From: Eubacteriales bacterium
GTDB lineage: Bacteria; Bacillota; Clostridia; Oscillospirales; SIG627
Reading direction: 5' to 3'
Length of the DNA: 64,000 bases
Assembly (NCBI GenBank): GCA_045653035.1
Contig: JAZOLO010000009.1
Span: 3,277 to 67,276, forward strand
Shown here: positions 36,899-47,211 of the stretch, piece by piece
Layout: every line of letters begins with the position of its first letter
Position numbering within the stretch: position 1 is the first letter of the stretch
The notes under the pieces: model-generated
Database searches by the model: none
The model's input: only the letters and a program-made list of their open reading frames with translations
Told to the model about the DNA's origin: nothing
Made by a program: the position numbers and the translations under genes

Positions 36899-38323
36899 TT
36901 GCAAAAATACGTGTCGCCCGACCTTGAAGTAAACAAGTCAACTATAAGACTCCTTTTTCCCGAGGCTCTTGCTTCGGATATAAAAACCGATACTCTTAAA
37001 ATAGGGGACAGGAATGCTCTTTTTTGCTTTGTCAATGGTTCGACTGACACCGAGTCGGTTGTAAGAATAGAAAAAAGCTTACTTGATGCAGGCAAGGGGA
37101 TAAAAGAATGTTCTGATATGAAAGACTTTATGGAGAAATTTATTCCCTATAACGACAAAAAAGAAGAAAGGGATATTCAAAAACTAACAAACGCACTCCT
37201 TTCACTCATGTCACTTCTCTTTATTGACGGCTTTGACAGTGCAGTTATTCTTGACACCAAGAAATATCCATCACGAGGTATTTCCGAGCCGGAAAAAAAT
37301 AAAACTCTAAGAGGTCCACGTGATGGATTTTCAGAAAGCGTATATACTAACACTTCTCTTATACGAAGAAGAATAAAATCTCAAGATCTTGTATTTGAAG
37401 AATTTGATATAGGCAAAGTAACAAAGACACGCGTCATTATGTCTTATATGAGAGGGAAGGCAAACGACGAGCTTGTTTTGAGATTAAGGGAAACTCTTTC
37501 AAACATGGACGTTACGTCCCTCACTCTTTCACAGCAAACCATAGCAGACCATCTTTTCCATGGCTCACTTTTAAAAAGGCTCAACCCTTTTCCCAAGGTT
37601 AGGTATGTTGAGCGCCCCGATACCGCCTCATCAATGCTTGTTGAGGGAAAAATTGCGATTCTTTGCGATACAACTCCAAGTGTAATATTCTTACCCGTGA
37701 CGCTGTACGATATGATGGAGGAAACCGATGACTACTACTTTCCTCCCGTTACTGCGTCATACCTTCGACTCCTTCGTGTTCTTATGCTTTTTATGTCGGT
37801 ATTTATTTCGCCTCTTTGGCTTCTAGCACTCACTTATTCGCACCTTCTTCCTCCGTCTCTTGAATTTCTGCTAATTGACTCCGAATGCTTTATACCCGTA
37901 TGGCTTCAGCTTTTAACCGTTGAAATAATGATAGATGCCTTGAAGATAGCATCTCTTAACACGCCCGATAACATTTCAAATTCTCTCAGCGTTGTAAGCG
38001 GACTACTTCTCAGTGACTTTGCAGTATCGGCAGGACTTCTTGTTCCGCAGACTATCCTTTATTCTGCAATAGCTTCTATCGCAAACTTTATCCCTACAAA
38101 TTATGAGCTTGGCTATACCTTTAAGTTCTGGCGTATGACTCTTATAACTCTTATTGCACTTTTCGGATTTTTCGGATTTGCGGTGGGAGTTGTTATATTT
38201 CTCGCAATACTTCTGACAAATAAAACTGCAGACAACAAAAACTATCTTTATCCCTTTTCTCCAAATAGCAAAAAGGGTATATTGAAAATTTTTTTCAGAA
38301 TGAGCAAGGGAGATGAAGAATAA
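36899..38323 (+). CDS. GerA-family spore germination A subunit (SpoVAF-like, stand-alone)
   Basis: YPSRGISEPE..KTLRGPRDGFSE, NPFPKVRYVERPD, EETDDYYFPP. TTG start placed after GGAGGG; possible SigG -10 CAAACTA at 36861. Confidence 0.88.
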   Translation: MQKYVSPDLEVNKSTIRLLFPEALASDIKTDTLKIGDRNALFCFVNGSTDTESVVRIEKSLLDAGKGIKECSDMKDFMEKFIPYNDKKEERDIQKLTNALLSLMSLLFIDGFDSAVILDTKKYPSRGISEPEKNKTLRGPRDGFSESVYTNTSLIRRRIKSQDLVFEEFDIGKVTKTRVIMSYMRGKANDELVLRLRETLSNMDVTSLTLSQQTIADHLFHGSLLKRLNPFPKVRYVERPDTASSMLVEGKIAILCDTTPSVIFLPVTLYDMMEETDDYYFPPVTASYLRLLRVLMLFMSVFISPLWLLALTYSHLLPPSLEFLLIDSECFIPVWLQLLTVEIMIDALKIASLNTPDNISNSLSVVSGLLLSDFAVSAGLLVPQTILYSAIASIANFIPTNYELGYTFKFWRMTLITLIALFGFFGFAVGVVIFLAILLTNKTADNKNYLYPFSPNSKKGILKIFFRMSKGDEE

Positions 38324-38326
38324 CTC

Positions 38327-38377
38327 TTTACAAATGCGAAAGTATGTGTTATAATCAAAGTGTACCAAATGATACAC
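38327..38377 (+). promoter_or_regulatory. SigA promoter plus palindromic operator
   Basis: TTTACA-N17-TATAAT with extended TG; GTGTAcC-aaat-GaTACAC at 38360-38377. Confidence 0.6.
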
Positions 38378-38389
38378 ATTGGAGGAAGC

Positions 38390-38998
38390 ATGAAAAATAA
38401 AGAAATTTGCGGGTTTCTTGACAAAATACCTCTTTTCACGGGATTATTTCAAGAAGAGCTTTTTGGTGAAGCCAAAGAGATTTTTCTGAAAGCAGGGGAG
38501 CAGTATGAGATAAAAAATTCGATGGCGGTGCTTTTTCGCGGAAAGGTTGAAATATACAAGAAAAAAGCCTTTTTAAAGAAAGCGGAAGCACCAAGCGTTT
38601 TAGGACTTGCAACGCTTTTCGATGAAAGTCACTCGTATATTTCAACGGTAATTCCAAAGTCAGATACAACGCTACTCATTTTTAACAACAAAGCAGTTGA
38701 AAAAATGATACTCGAAAGTCACGAGTTTTCCCACAGACTTATAGTTTTATTCAGCGAAAAAATAAGATACCTCAACCGCCGTATTGATTTTTATACGTCG
38801 CAAGGGGCGGAGGGAAAGCTCCATGAGTTTCTTGTTGCCATGGCAAAAGGCGAGGAAGATAAATTCGTAGAAATTCCTATGTCTAAGCTTTCGGAAATTC
38901 TTGATATAGGTCGTGCATCTCTTTACCGTGCTATTGCTTCCCTTGAAGAAAAAGGTTGCATAAAAAAACAAGGCAAAAAAATAATTTTAATAAAGTGA
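38390..38998 (+). CDS. Crp/Fnr-family transcriptional regulator
   Basis: cNMP-like domain; C-terminal HTH MSKLSEILDIGRASLYRA; GGAGG RBS. Confidence 0.85.
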   Translation: MKNKEICGFLDKIPLFTGLFQEELFGEAKEIFLKAGEQYEIKNSMAVLFRGKVEIYKKKAFLKKAEAPSVLGLATLFDESHSYISTVIPKSDTTLLIFNNKAVEKMILESHEFSHRLIVLFSEKIRYLNRRIDFYTSQGAEGKLHEFLVAMAKGEEDKFVEIPMSKLSEILDIGRASLYRAIASLEEKGCIKKQGKKIILIK

Positions 38999-39008
38999 GG
39001 ACATTATT

Positions 39009-40022
39009 ATGAAAAAAATCACAACGCTTTTACTTTCGCTTCTTCTTTTGACGGCTTTATTTGCAGGATGTGCAAATGACGAAATTACCCCCCCTGAAAA
39101 TGACGTTCCCGTCGAAGAAGTACAGGATAATCCCAAGACCGCAGAAGTTACCAGAGTAGTTGCTTTAAAAGGCCCGACAGGTATGGGAATGGCAAAGCTT
39201 ATAAGCGATTCAGACCCTAAATATTCCTTTGAACTCACCTCTATGCCTGAGGACGTAACATCGTCGATTATTTCAAAAAACGTTGATATTGCGGCAGTTC
39301 CTACAAATCTTGCATCAGTCCTTTACAATAAAACAAACGGCGGTGTCAAGGTAATAGCACTCAACACTCTTGGTGTTCTCCACATTGTAAATTCAGACGG
39401 TACAATAGAAAATCTTGCTGACCTTAAGGGTAAGACAATCGGTGCAACAGGACAGGCATCAACTCCCGAATATATTCTTCGCTATCTTTTGGAGGCAAAC
39501 GGAATTGACCCCGATACCGACGTTACGATAAACTTCTATACCGACCACGCAGAGCTTGCAACCCACATGATAAGCGGAAACGTAACGATAGGTATGCTTC
39601 CCGAGCCACAGGTAAGCACAGTCCTTATGAAGAATGCAGATTGCAAGGCAGTAATTGACCTTACTGACGAATGGAACAAGGTGTCAGACGGCTCGGCACT
39701 CGTACAGGGGTGCATTGTAGTAAGAAGCGAGTTTTTAGAAGCTTATCCCGATTCTGTTAAGAATTTTCTTCAGGAATATAAAGAATCTGTGGTATTTGCA
39801 AACACCTCCGACAACGCTCCTGCAACGATCGCAGAGCTTGGAATTGTCGGAAGTGCACAGATTGCCGAAAAAGCAATCCCAGGTGCAAATATTTGCTACG
39901 TTGACTCAAACGACAGCATGAAGGAAAAGCTTTCGGGCTTCCTTGCAGTGCTATTTGAAGCTAATCCTAAGTCGGTTGGCGGAGCACTTCCTCTCGACGA
40001 TTTCTATTTTGAAAACAAATGA
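39009..40022 (+). CDS. ABC transporter substrate-binding lipoprotein (NitT/TauT/SsuA type)
   Basis: Lipobox LFAGC; LKGPTGMG, DLKGKTI, LPEP. Confidence 0.88.
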   Translation: MKKITTLLLSLLLLTALFAGCANDEITPPENDVPVEEVQDNPKTAEVTRVVALKGPTGMGMAKLISDSDPKYSFELTSMPEDVTSSIISKNVDIAAVPTNLASVLYNKTNGGVKVIALNTLGVLHIVNSDGTIENLADLKGKTIGATGQASTPEYILRYLLEANGIDPDTDVTINFYTDHAELATHMISGNVTIGMLPEPQVSTVLMKNADCKAVIDLTDEWNKVSDGSALVQGCIVVRSEFLEAYPDSVKNFLQEYKESVVFANTSDNAPATIAELGIVGSAQIAEKAIPGANICYVDSNDSMKEKLSGFLAVLFEANPKSVGGALPLDDFYFENK

Positions 40023-40780
40023 AAATAAGCTTAAAAAAAACTGTTTTCGCGAGCTTAGCAGTACTTTTCTGGATAGCAGTATGGCATTTTTCCGCCATTC
40101 GGGTGGGGAAATCTATATTGCTTCCCAGTCCTGCAGAAACGGTTGAGGTGTTCTTTTCCCTTACCGCCACTGGCGAATTTTGGCTCACTGCCTTAACTTC
40201 ACTTAAAAGCGTTTTTACGGGAGCGCTTGCAGGTGTTGTGTTGGGACTTATTGTAGCACTTCTTTCATACATAAGCCCTATTTTGAAATACCTTTTTGCT
40301 CCTCTTTTTTCTCTTGTTAAAGCGACACCTGTGGCATCCTTTATTATTCTTGCCCTTGTTTGGCTTGGTAAAGATATAATCCCATTTGTAATAGCGTTAA
40401 TGATGGTTGCCCCTATTGTTTCTGCAAACCTCTACGAAGGACTTGTCAGCGTTGACACTCAGCTTTATGAGGTGACAAAGCTTTATAAATTCAGCTTCAG
40501 AAAAAAATGGAAAATGCTATTTCGACCATCACTTCTTCCATATTTTCTTTCAGCGGTAAAAAGCGGAATAGCCCTTTCGTGGAAGGCTGGTATTGCCGCC
40601 GAGGTGCTTTGCACACCCGAAAACTCTATTGGCAAGTACCTCCATGAATCAAGACTTTATCTTGAATTTGAGGCACTTTTCGCATGGACTTTAACCGTTA
40701 TTATTCTTAGCTTCTTCCTTGAAAAGTTTGTTGTCCTTGCTATTGAAAAGCTTCTCGGAAGGGGGGACAGAAAAGCATGA
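40019..40780 (+). CDS. ABC transporter permease (NitT/TauT type)
   Basis: LLPSP, KATPVASFI, SWKAGIAAEV. Confidence 0.88.
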   Translation: MKISLKKTVFASLAVLFWIAVWHFSAIRVGKSILLPSPAETVEVFFSLTATGEFWLTALTSLKSVFTGALAGVVLGLIVALLSYISPILKYLFAPLFSLVKATPVASFIILALVWLGKDIIPFVIALMMVAPIVSANLYEGLVSVDTQLYEVTKLYKFSFRKKWKMLFRPSLLPYFLSAVKSGIALSWKAGIAAEVLCTPENSIGKYLHESRLYLEFEALFAWTLTVIILSFFLEKFVVLAIEKLLGRGDRKA

Positions 40781-41349
40781 TAGAAATAAAAGGTCTCGAA
40801 AAACACTTCAGCGACAAAAAGGTCATTGAAAACTTTTCTCTATTTATCGCACCCACAATGCGCATAGCCCTTATTTCATCATCGGGAAGCGGAAAGACTA
40901 CACTACTTCGTATTATTTCAGGTCTTGACAGAAGATATAAAGGTACAGTCATGACAAAGGGAAAAGTATCTTATATGTTCCAAGAGGACAGACTTTTTTC
41001 CGAAAGCACTGTTTTAGAAAACGTCAGTGCTGTTTGCGACTCGAACGAAATAGCGGAAAAGCTCCTTTCGGCAGTTGAGCTTTCTGAATGTCGTGATATT
41101 TTTCCAAGGGAGCTTTCGGGAGGAATGAAAAGGCGGGTTGCTCTTGCAAGAAGCCTTGCCTATCCTTTTGATATACTTCTCCTTGACGAGCCTTTTACAG
41201 GGCTTGATGAGGAAACGAAAGAAAGAGTTGCTAAAAACATTTTGCCCTATCTTGAAGCAAAAACAGTTGTACTCGTTACCCATTCACCCGATGAAGCTGA
41301 GCTTTTAGGCTGTGACGTTTTACGTCTTGATAACGGATTTATAAAATAA
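40777..41349 (+). CDS. ABC transporter ATP-binding protein
   Basis: SGSGKTT, FQEDRL, LSGGMKRRVALAR, LLDEPF, VTH. Confidence 0.9.
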   Translation: MIEIKGLEKHFSDKKVIENFSLFIAPTMRIALISSSGSGKTTLLRIISGLDRRYKGTVMTKGKVSYMFQEDRLFSESTVLENVSAVCDSNEIAEKLLSAVELSECRDIFPRELSGGMKRRVALARSLAYPFDILLLDEPFTGLDEETKERVAKNILPYLEAKTVVLVTHSPDEAELLGCDVLRLDNGFIK

Positions 41350-41377
41350 AGTGCAGTTCCTATGAACTGCACTTTTT
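41347..41377. terminator. Bidirectional terminator
   Basis: AAAGTGCAGTTC-ctat-GAACTGCACTTT. Confidence 0.8.
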
Positions 41378-41379
41378 CT

Positions 41380-42858
41380 TTACAGTATGATGCAAATGAG
41401 ACCGTTTGATCCTTCGTTTATTATTCTCTGAAGTGTTTCACCGATTTTCTTTCTTGTATCCTCGGGCATGTGTTCAAGCTTAGAATTAAGCCCTTCGTTT
41501 ACAAGGCAGTGAAGAGATTTACCAAACATATTGGATTCCCAAAGCTTTAAGGGGTTTTCCTCAAACTCATTGAGAAGGTATTTCACCATTTCCTCCGATT
41601 GCTTTTCACTGCCAACTATTGGATTTATTTCGGTTTTTATTTTTGCTTTTATCATGTGTATGGTGTCGGCAGATGCCTTGAGCTTTACGCCGTAGCCTCC
41701 CGATTGCTTTATGATTTCGGGCTCCTCAAGTGACAGCTCCTCAACCCCTGGTACAACTATTCCGTATCCGTTATCCTCGGCAGATTTCAGTGCGTCTGCA
41801 ATTTTGTCGTAAGTCTTTTTTGCGCTTGATAGCGTACTTAACAAAGATAAAAGCTCCTTTTGTGAATTTATTTCTTCACCGCTTAAATCGCTTGCAACGC
41901 TGTAAAACAGTGTATCGCCTATATCCACACGTATTGTGCTTTTACCTGTGCCGAGGTCAGTTTTGACAACAGTTGCTTTATCTATAATGTCGTTTTTGGA
42001 CATTGCCTCACAGGCTCCGTGAACAGATGCAACGTTTGTTATCATTTCGGCGGTTTCACGCATTGCGGAGCTTAAAGTTTTTTTGATTTCACTGCTTACG
42101 TCAAGAACAGAGAGCCAGGACGGAATATCTATTTCAAGCTCTGTTACGGGGAACTCGAAAAGGCAAAGCTCCAGTATATGCTCTATATCCTTGCGGTCAA
42201 GCTCGGTACAGTTTATGAGAGCAACGGGCACAGAGTGCTTTTTTTCAAGCTCAAGAGCTACTTCTATGCTTGTATCGGAGTCAGGATATTTTGAATTTAC
42301 TACTATTACAAAGGGCTTACCGGATTTTTTAAGGTCGGAAATAACTCTTTTTTCGCTTTCCTCAAAATCCTTTCTCGAAAGCTCGCCAAAGCTTCCGTCT
42401 GAGGTAATGAGAACACCTATTGTGGAATGCTCGTCAATAACCTTTTTAGTGCCTGTTTCAGCAGCAACCTCAAAAGGAAGAGGGGAGGAGGACCAAGGAG
42501 TCATCACCATTCTGTCCTCGCCGTTTTCACGAAGTCCCTCTGCCCCGTCAACGATGTATCCCACACAGTCAATCATCTTGACGTTAAGACATGCACCCGT
42601 ATCGAGAGTTATGCCCACTGCCTTTTCGGGAACAAATTTCGGCTCGGTAGTCATAACAGTCTTGCCCGTTGCACTTTGAGGCATTTCGTCTGTAGCCCTT
42701 GCTCTCTCACTGTCACTTTCAATATTTGGCAGAACAAGCTCTTCCATGAACTTTTTTATGAAGGTTGATTTGCCTGTTCTTACAGGTCCTACAACGCCTA
42801 TGTAAACGTCGCCGTTTGTTCTGGCTCTTATGTCCTCATATATTCTGGTATTCATCAT
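41380..42858 (-). CDS. spoIVA: Stage IV sporulation protein A
   Basis: IYEDI.ART.GDVYIGVVGPVRTGKSTFIKKFM, MTTEPKFVP, C-terminal RIINEGS.GLICIIL. Confidence 0.97.
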   Translation of the reverse strand: MMNTRIYEDIRARTNGDVYIGVVGPVRTGKSTFIKKFMEELVLPNIESDSERARATDEMPQSATGKTVMTTEPKFVPEKAVGITLDTGACLNVKMIDCVGYIVDGAEGLRENGEDRMVMTPWSSSPLPFEVAAETGTKKVIDEHSTIGVLITSDGSFGELSRKDFEESEKRVISDLKKSGKPFVIVVNSKYPDSDTSIEVALELEKKHSVPVALINCTELDRKDIEHILELCLFEFPVTELEIDIPSWLSVLDVSSEIKKTLSSAMRETAEMITNVASVHGACEAMSKNDIIDKATVVKTDLGTGKSTIRVDIGDTLFYSVASDLSGEEINSQKELLSLLSTLSSAKKTYDKIADALKSAEDNGYGIVVPGVEELSLEEPEIIKQSGGYGVKLKASADTIHMIKAKIKTEINPIVGSEKQSEEMVKYLLNEFEENPLKLWESNMFGKSLHCLVNEGLNSKLEHMPEDTRKKIGETLQRIINEGSNGLICIIL

Positions 42859-42888
42859 ATACCCTTCCTCCGTATTCTTTTTTTGTAA

Positions 42889-42917
42889 AGATTATGCAAA
42901 AGTGTGGGGGAATATTC
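42889..42917 (-). promoter_or_regulatory. SigE-type promoter of spoIVA
   Basis: GAATATT-N14-CATAATCT on the minus strand. Confidence 0.65.
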
Positions 42918-43048
42918 TGAAAACATGAAAATTAACAAAAAAATAAAGGCGAAATTTAAAAAATAATCTTTTCAAATCGACATTTATGTGATATACTGTC
43001 TGTGTGTTAAATAAAATATTCTAAACTTACATAAAAAGGTGAACAGAT

Positions 43049-43507
43049 ATGAAATGTCCCGCATGCGGATTTGCAGAAAGTAAAGTACTTGATTCCCGTC
43101 CCACAGAAGAGGGGGGCGCCATAAGAAGACGAAGAGAATGTCTCTCCTGTCAGAAGAGATTTACCACCTACGAAAGACTTGAGGTAATGCCCATCATCGT
43201 AGTAAAGAAGGATAAATCAAGAGAGGCGTTTGACCGCACCAAGCTTGTCAACGGCATGATACGTGCTTGCGAAAAGCGTCCTGTAACCATGTCCGAGATA
43301 GAGCGTGCAGTTTCAGACATTGAGGCAAGCCTTAACAACTCACTTCAGACAGAGGTGAGCAGTACCGTAATAGGTGAGCTTGTTATGGAAGAGCTTAAAA
43401 AGATTGACGAAGTGGCATACGTGCGATTTGCTTCGGTATACAGACAGTTCAAGGATATCAACACGTTTATGGACGAGCTTAAACTTCTCCTGAAAAATCA
43501 GGACTGA
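43049..43507 (+). CDS. nrdR: Transcriptional repressor NrdR
   Basis: [33 protein letters not shown]-cone, [10 protein letters not shown]. Confidence 0.97.
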   Translation: MKCPACGFAESKVLDSRPTEEGGAIRRRRECLSCQKRFTTYERLEVMPIIVVKKDKSREAFDRTKLVNGMIRACEKRPVTMSEIERAVSDIEASLNNSLQTEVSSTVIGELVMEELKKIDEVAYVRFASVYRQFKDINTFMDELKLLLKNQD

Positions 43508-43523
43508 CCGAAAGGAAAGATAA

Positions 43524-44495
43524 ATGAAATCTCCATCACAAGTTAAAGTTTCAACTATCAGCTTTATAGTAGCTTTGGTTTTATCCATTGCAGTCTTTGG
43601 CTGTATTGCCTTTTTTGCAATATCAGGCTTTCTTGAAGCAGAGCCCGTCGAAGAGAATGGCGATGATATTACCCAGGAATTAGAGAAGAAAGACCCCGAA
43701 TCTGGTGAAGTTATCTCTCCCGACGTGATAGAGAAAATAGAAGGTGACAGCTTCTCTGTGCTTGTTGCGGGCTACGGTCTCGGCGAGGATTCTTTTGATG
43801 CTATGGTAGTTTTAGATGTAAATAAGGAAGAACAGAAGGTTACGATTTACCCCATAAATGTTGACACAAAGGTGTATGTAGGTCATGCAGACGGAATGGG
43901 AAACCTCAATATCAGACTGGGCGACCTTATAAAGTACGAGAATATGCAGTATACCGTTGATAAGATAAAGGCAACTACAGGCCTTAAGGTGTCAAATTAT
44001 CTCACCTTTACTGCAGAAGGATTTATCGAAGCATTTGATAAGTTTAACGCAAACGGCGATTATACATACGTTGTTTCTAAGGACATGGAGCATTTTTATG
44101 CCGATGTTCCCCAAGCGACTGTCGAGGAAGAAGAAGCTGTAGAGGATTTATCCAAATACAACATTTCTTTCAAGAAGGGCGATAAGCTTACGTCAGGTCT
44201 TGACGTTTACAACATGCTGAGATATAAAGGAGATTCCTCCTCTGACCGTATTACAAGACAGGCAGGTTTTGTACGCGACGTTCTTCAAAAGATTATTCCT
44301 GCACACTTCAAGGAAGGAAGCCTCTCAAAAATTGTAGTTGATGCACAGGCACTTCTAAAACTTACACACTCGATTTCTACTAACATTTCGGCAGGTACGT
44401 TTATCACCGAAACCTTTGACCTTATATCCAAGATACCCGAATTTTCATTTGCCACTTCATCAAAGTTCACTAACGGTATCACTAATTTCAAATAA
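43524..44495 (+). CDS. LytR-CpsA-Psr (LCP)-like membrane-anchored protein
   Basis: N-terminal TM; DAMVVLDVN.....VTIYPINVDTKV and DRITRQ resemble LCP blocks, but are divergent. Confidence 0.6.
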   Translation: MKSPSQVKVSTISFIVALVLSIAVFGCIAFFAISGFLEAEPVEENGDDITQELEKKDPESGEVISPDVIEKIEGDSFSVLVAGYGLGEDSFDAMVVLDVNKEEQKVTIYPINVDTKVYVGHADGMGNLNIRLGDLIKYENMQYTVDKIKATTGLKVSNYLTFTAEGFIEAFDKFNANGDYTYVVSKDMEHFYADVPQATVEEEEAVEDLSKYNISFKKGDKLTSGLDVYNMLRYKGDSSSDRITRQAGFVRDVLQKIIPAHFKEGSLSKIVVDAQALLKLTHSISTNISAGTFITETFDLISKIPEFSFATSSKFTNGITNFK

Positions 44496-44522
44496 AAACA
44501 AAAAAGTTAAAAGGGGAAGAAT

Positions 44523-45095
44523 ATGAAAAAAATAACAGTTATTTTGTTATCCGTTTTGCTAGCCGTTTCGGTTATTACCGCACTTTTTTCTGTAAGTGCC
44601 GAATATTCCGATTCCGACCCCCTTGTTACCCTTAGCTACATAAATGAAACGGTAATACCCAAGATTACAGAAGAAGTCAAAAATGCAGTTCTTGCAATCG
44701 TTGACGAAAAGTATGCACCAAAAGCAGAAGACCCCGAAATACCTGAAGAGCCCGAAGTTCCCGAAGAACCTGAAGAACCTGCTACCTCTGCAAAGGACCT
44801 TGACAGCTTGAAATATACAGTTGTATTTCTTGCAAAAGGACAGAAGCTCATGGCAACTGGTGCTGAAACCTCCTCTCTTGAAGTTATTCTCAGAGCAGGA
44901 ACCGTCGTTGCGGTTTCTCCATTCAACGACCAAGGAATAGCCGACCTTACCTCCTCCAAGGAGCTTTATAATAATGACCCCCTTGTAAAAAACAACTATT
45001 GCATCATTCCGAGAGGAAGTGACGGTAGGGGCATATTTGCTGAAAATGGCGATGCCTATATTCTGGTGAGAGGAGAGTACGAAATTGTTCAATAA
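44523..45095 (+). CDS. Secreted hypothetical protein
   Basis: Signal peptide, DPLVTLSYI, EVILRAG, IIPR.DGRG, LVRGEY; PE-rich linker. Confidence 0.75.
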   Translation: MKKITVILLSVLLAVSVITALFSVSAEYSDSDPLVTLSYINETVIPKITEEVKNAVLAIVDEKYAPKAEDPEIPEEPEVPEEPEEPATSAKDLDSLKYTVVFLAKGQKLMATGAETSSLEVILRAGTVVAVSPFNDQGIADLTSSKELYNNDPLVKNNYCIIPRGSDGRGIFAENGDAYILVRGEYEIVQ

Positions 45096-47166
45096 CAACA
45101 AAGCCAAGAAGATGGTTCGTGTAATAGCCCTTATTCTTGCAGTACTTATGGTACTTGGTATAGCGGTTATTGCTTTGGAAGCATTGGCAGAAGACGAAAT
45201 TTCAACAACCGAAACTGTTGAACAGACCGTTAGCGGAGATGAAATCTCCGCTGACGAGTCCAAGGTTCCGTCAACAACAGACGAAACACAGCCCGATGAA
45301 GAAGTGACAGACAAGACAGTTATTCCTGAACTTCCGTCGGGTTATTCTTATCTTACGGATCCCTCTCTTACCCCTAGAAACTTAAACGGTCTTGTACCTC
45401 ACCTTGATACAGTTACTCACTCTGTAAGAGTCGGAGTATTCTATATCTACGGCTCCAATAACTGCCTTGCCTTCAGTCACAACATATCATCGGATAAAGG
45501 TCTTGTTTTTTATACCACAATGAATGACGAGTACCTTTTCTATAAAACGAGCGAAAAAGGCGTTACGGTGATGCGCGACTTTTCTGCCGCAAAAAATTCT
45601 GCCGACAAATATTACCACACAACAAGCGGAAATACACACATAATATATCATTGTATAACCAAGGAAAGCGTTGACCTTGATAAGGTAGATGAAACTATTG
45701 AAGCCTTCAGTTCAAAGCTTCCCGAAAATACTGCAATATTTCCCCTCTACGTTGACGGTAAAGCGTATATAGGAGTTGGCACTTATAAGGACAAGGCGAC
45801 ATCAGAAGCTGATTGCCCTAATATGCAGAGCCTTCTCGGTGTTGAATTTGTACCTCGCACCCCCAATAATTCCTCAATCAGTGTAGTTGAAACTATAAGC
45901 GGGAAAATACTTTTCAAGATTGATACAACAAGCCACCCTCTTTACGTTCGTCCCATGCAGGACGGCGAAAAAGAGAGATATATCAAGAGTGCTGTAGGAA
46001 ATATTTTTGACGGCACCTTTGAATATAAGACCACCATTGACGGCATGTATCTTGTAAATATACTTGATATAGAGGACTATATAAAGAGCGTTTTGCCCTA
46101 TGAAATTTCAGCATCATGGCCCGAGGAAACACTCAAAGCCTTTTCTATAGTAGTGCGTTCATATACCCTTGCCATGCAGTATAAAAACCACCGCAATCAG
46201 GACTTCGATATGTGTGACGAAACTCACTGTCAGGCATACCGAGGCAGACTCCGTTCAATAGATAAAACGGATTTTGCAGTTGAAGCTACGAATAATATAG
46301 TACTGGCATATAATTCCAAAATATGTGAAACATTTTATCATGCAATATCGGGTGGCGTTACAGAATCCGCCGAGCTTGTATGGGGAGGCAAAGGCTATGA
46401 CTATCTTGTTTCACAAAATATACCCGATGAAAAATATGAGAACTATACTAACGGTGTATGGAAATTCGAGGTATCTGAAAAAGAACTTTTCAACTATCTG
46501 CAGACAAACTCCACAGTATCAAAGTACGTTAAGCACCCCATAACGTCGGTACGTATATCGAAATATACCGACGCAGGCTATGCTTACGAGCTTGAAATTA
46601 TTGATGAAAGTGGAACTGTATCCACCTTTACTAAATGTGATAATGTCAGAACTATTCTTTCAAAGTACTGCAAATCCGCAAGACTTACTATCGGTAAATC
46701 CACAGGAGTCAAAGTGAATGACGGTGAGAGCGTTGTGCTCGACCCATATAACATAATAGCAACAGATAAAGACGGAAATGCCGTTCGCTTTACTGCCTCC
46801 GTGGGAGATAATGTAAATTGTAAGACGGTTATCAGTGGAAAAGGCGAAATAACCGAGCTTAAATCCGACAGCAATAACTACGTTATATCGGGAACGGGTT
46901 GGGGACACGGTGTAGGACTCAGCCAGTACGGTGCAAGAGATATGGCAAATAACGGTTATAAATGGCAGGAAATAGCCCTATATTTCTTCCCGAAATCCTA
47001 TCTCGCACACCTCTCGGATCTCTCAACTCCCATAGACGGAACAGATATTCCCGTTATACCAGAGCCCGAACCGGAGCCAGAACCCGAACACCCCGAAGAG
47101 GACGAAGAAGACGAAAAACCTGTTATCCCCGAAAAAGAACCTTTCAAGCCTATTAAAATCGTATAA
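45085..47166 (+). CDS. SpoIID/LytB-domain protein
   Basis: VNILDIEDYIKSVLPYEI..SWP.E.LKA, CDETHCQAY, GTGWGHGVGLSQYGA. Confidence 0.9.
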   Translation: MFNNNKAKKMVRVIALILAVLMVLGIAVIALEALAEDEISTTETVEQTVSGDEISADESKVPSTTDETQPDEEVTDKTVIPELPSGYSYLTDPSLTPRNLNGLVPHLDTVTHSVRVGVFYIYGSNNCLAFSHNISSDKGLVFYTTMNDEYLFYKTSEKGVTVMRDFSAAKNSADKYYHTTSGNTHIIYHCITKESVDLDKVDETIEAFSSKLPENTAIFPLYVDGKAYIGVGTYKDKATSEADCPNMQSLLGVEFVPRTPNNSSISVVETISGKILFKIDTTSHPLYVRPMQDGEKERYIKSAVGNIFDGTFEYKTTIDGMYLVNILDIEDYIKSVLPYEISASWPEETLKAFSIVVRSYTLAMQYKNHRNQDFDMCDETHCQAYRGRLRSIDKTDFAVEATNNIVLAYNSKICETFYHAISGGVTESAELVWGGKGYDYLVSQNIPDEKYENYTNGVWKFEVSEKELFNYLQTNSTVSKYVKHPITSVRISKYTDAGYAYELEIIDESGTVSTFTKCDNVRTILSKYCKSARLTIGKSTGVKVNDGESVVLDPYNIIATDKDGNAVRFTASVGDNVNCKTVISGKGEITELKSDSNNYVISGTGWGHGVGLSQYGARDMANNGYKWQEIALYFFPKSYLAHLSDLSTPIDGTDIPVIPEPEPEPEPEHPEEDEEDEKPVIPEKEPFKPIKIV

Positions 47167-47170
47167 AGCT

Positions 47171-47199
47171 AAAAGAGAGACTTAAGAAGTCTCTCTTTT
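47171..47199. terminator. Bidirectional terminator
   Basis: AAAGAGAGACTT-aag-AAGTCTCTCTTT. Confidence 0.8.
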
Positions 47200-47211
47200 A
47201 TGTTGTATAGA

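Noticed and set aside
40822-40900. Inactive ABC ATPase (ISSSGSGKTT lacks the first Walker A Gly)
   Set aside because: GKT, signature, Walker B and H-loop are all present; a small residue at the first position is likely tolerated.
44559-45314. Long antisense ORFs (e.g. 44559..45314, 20668..21264, 42083..42679, 50106..50732)
   Set aside because: Shadows of well-supported genes on the opposite strand, with no RBS or recognisable motifs.
47050-47125. PE/EE low-complexity tandem repeats (also ~44725-44780)
   Set aside because: Ordinary Pro/Glu linker coding sequence.
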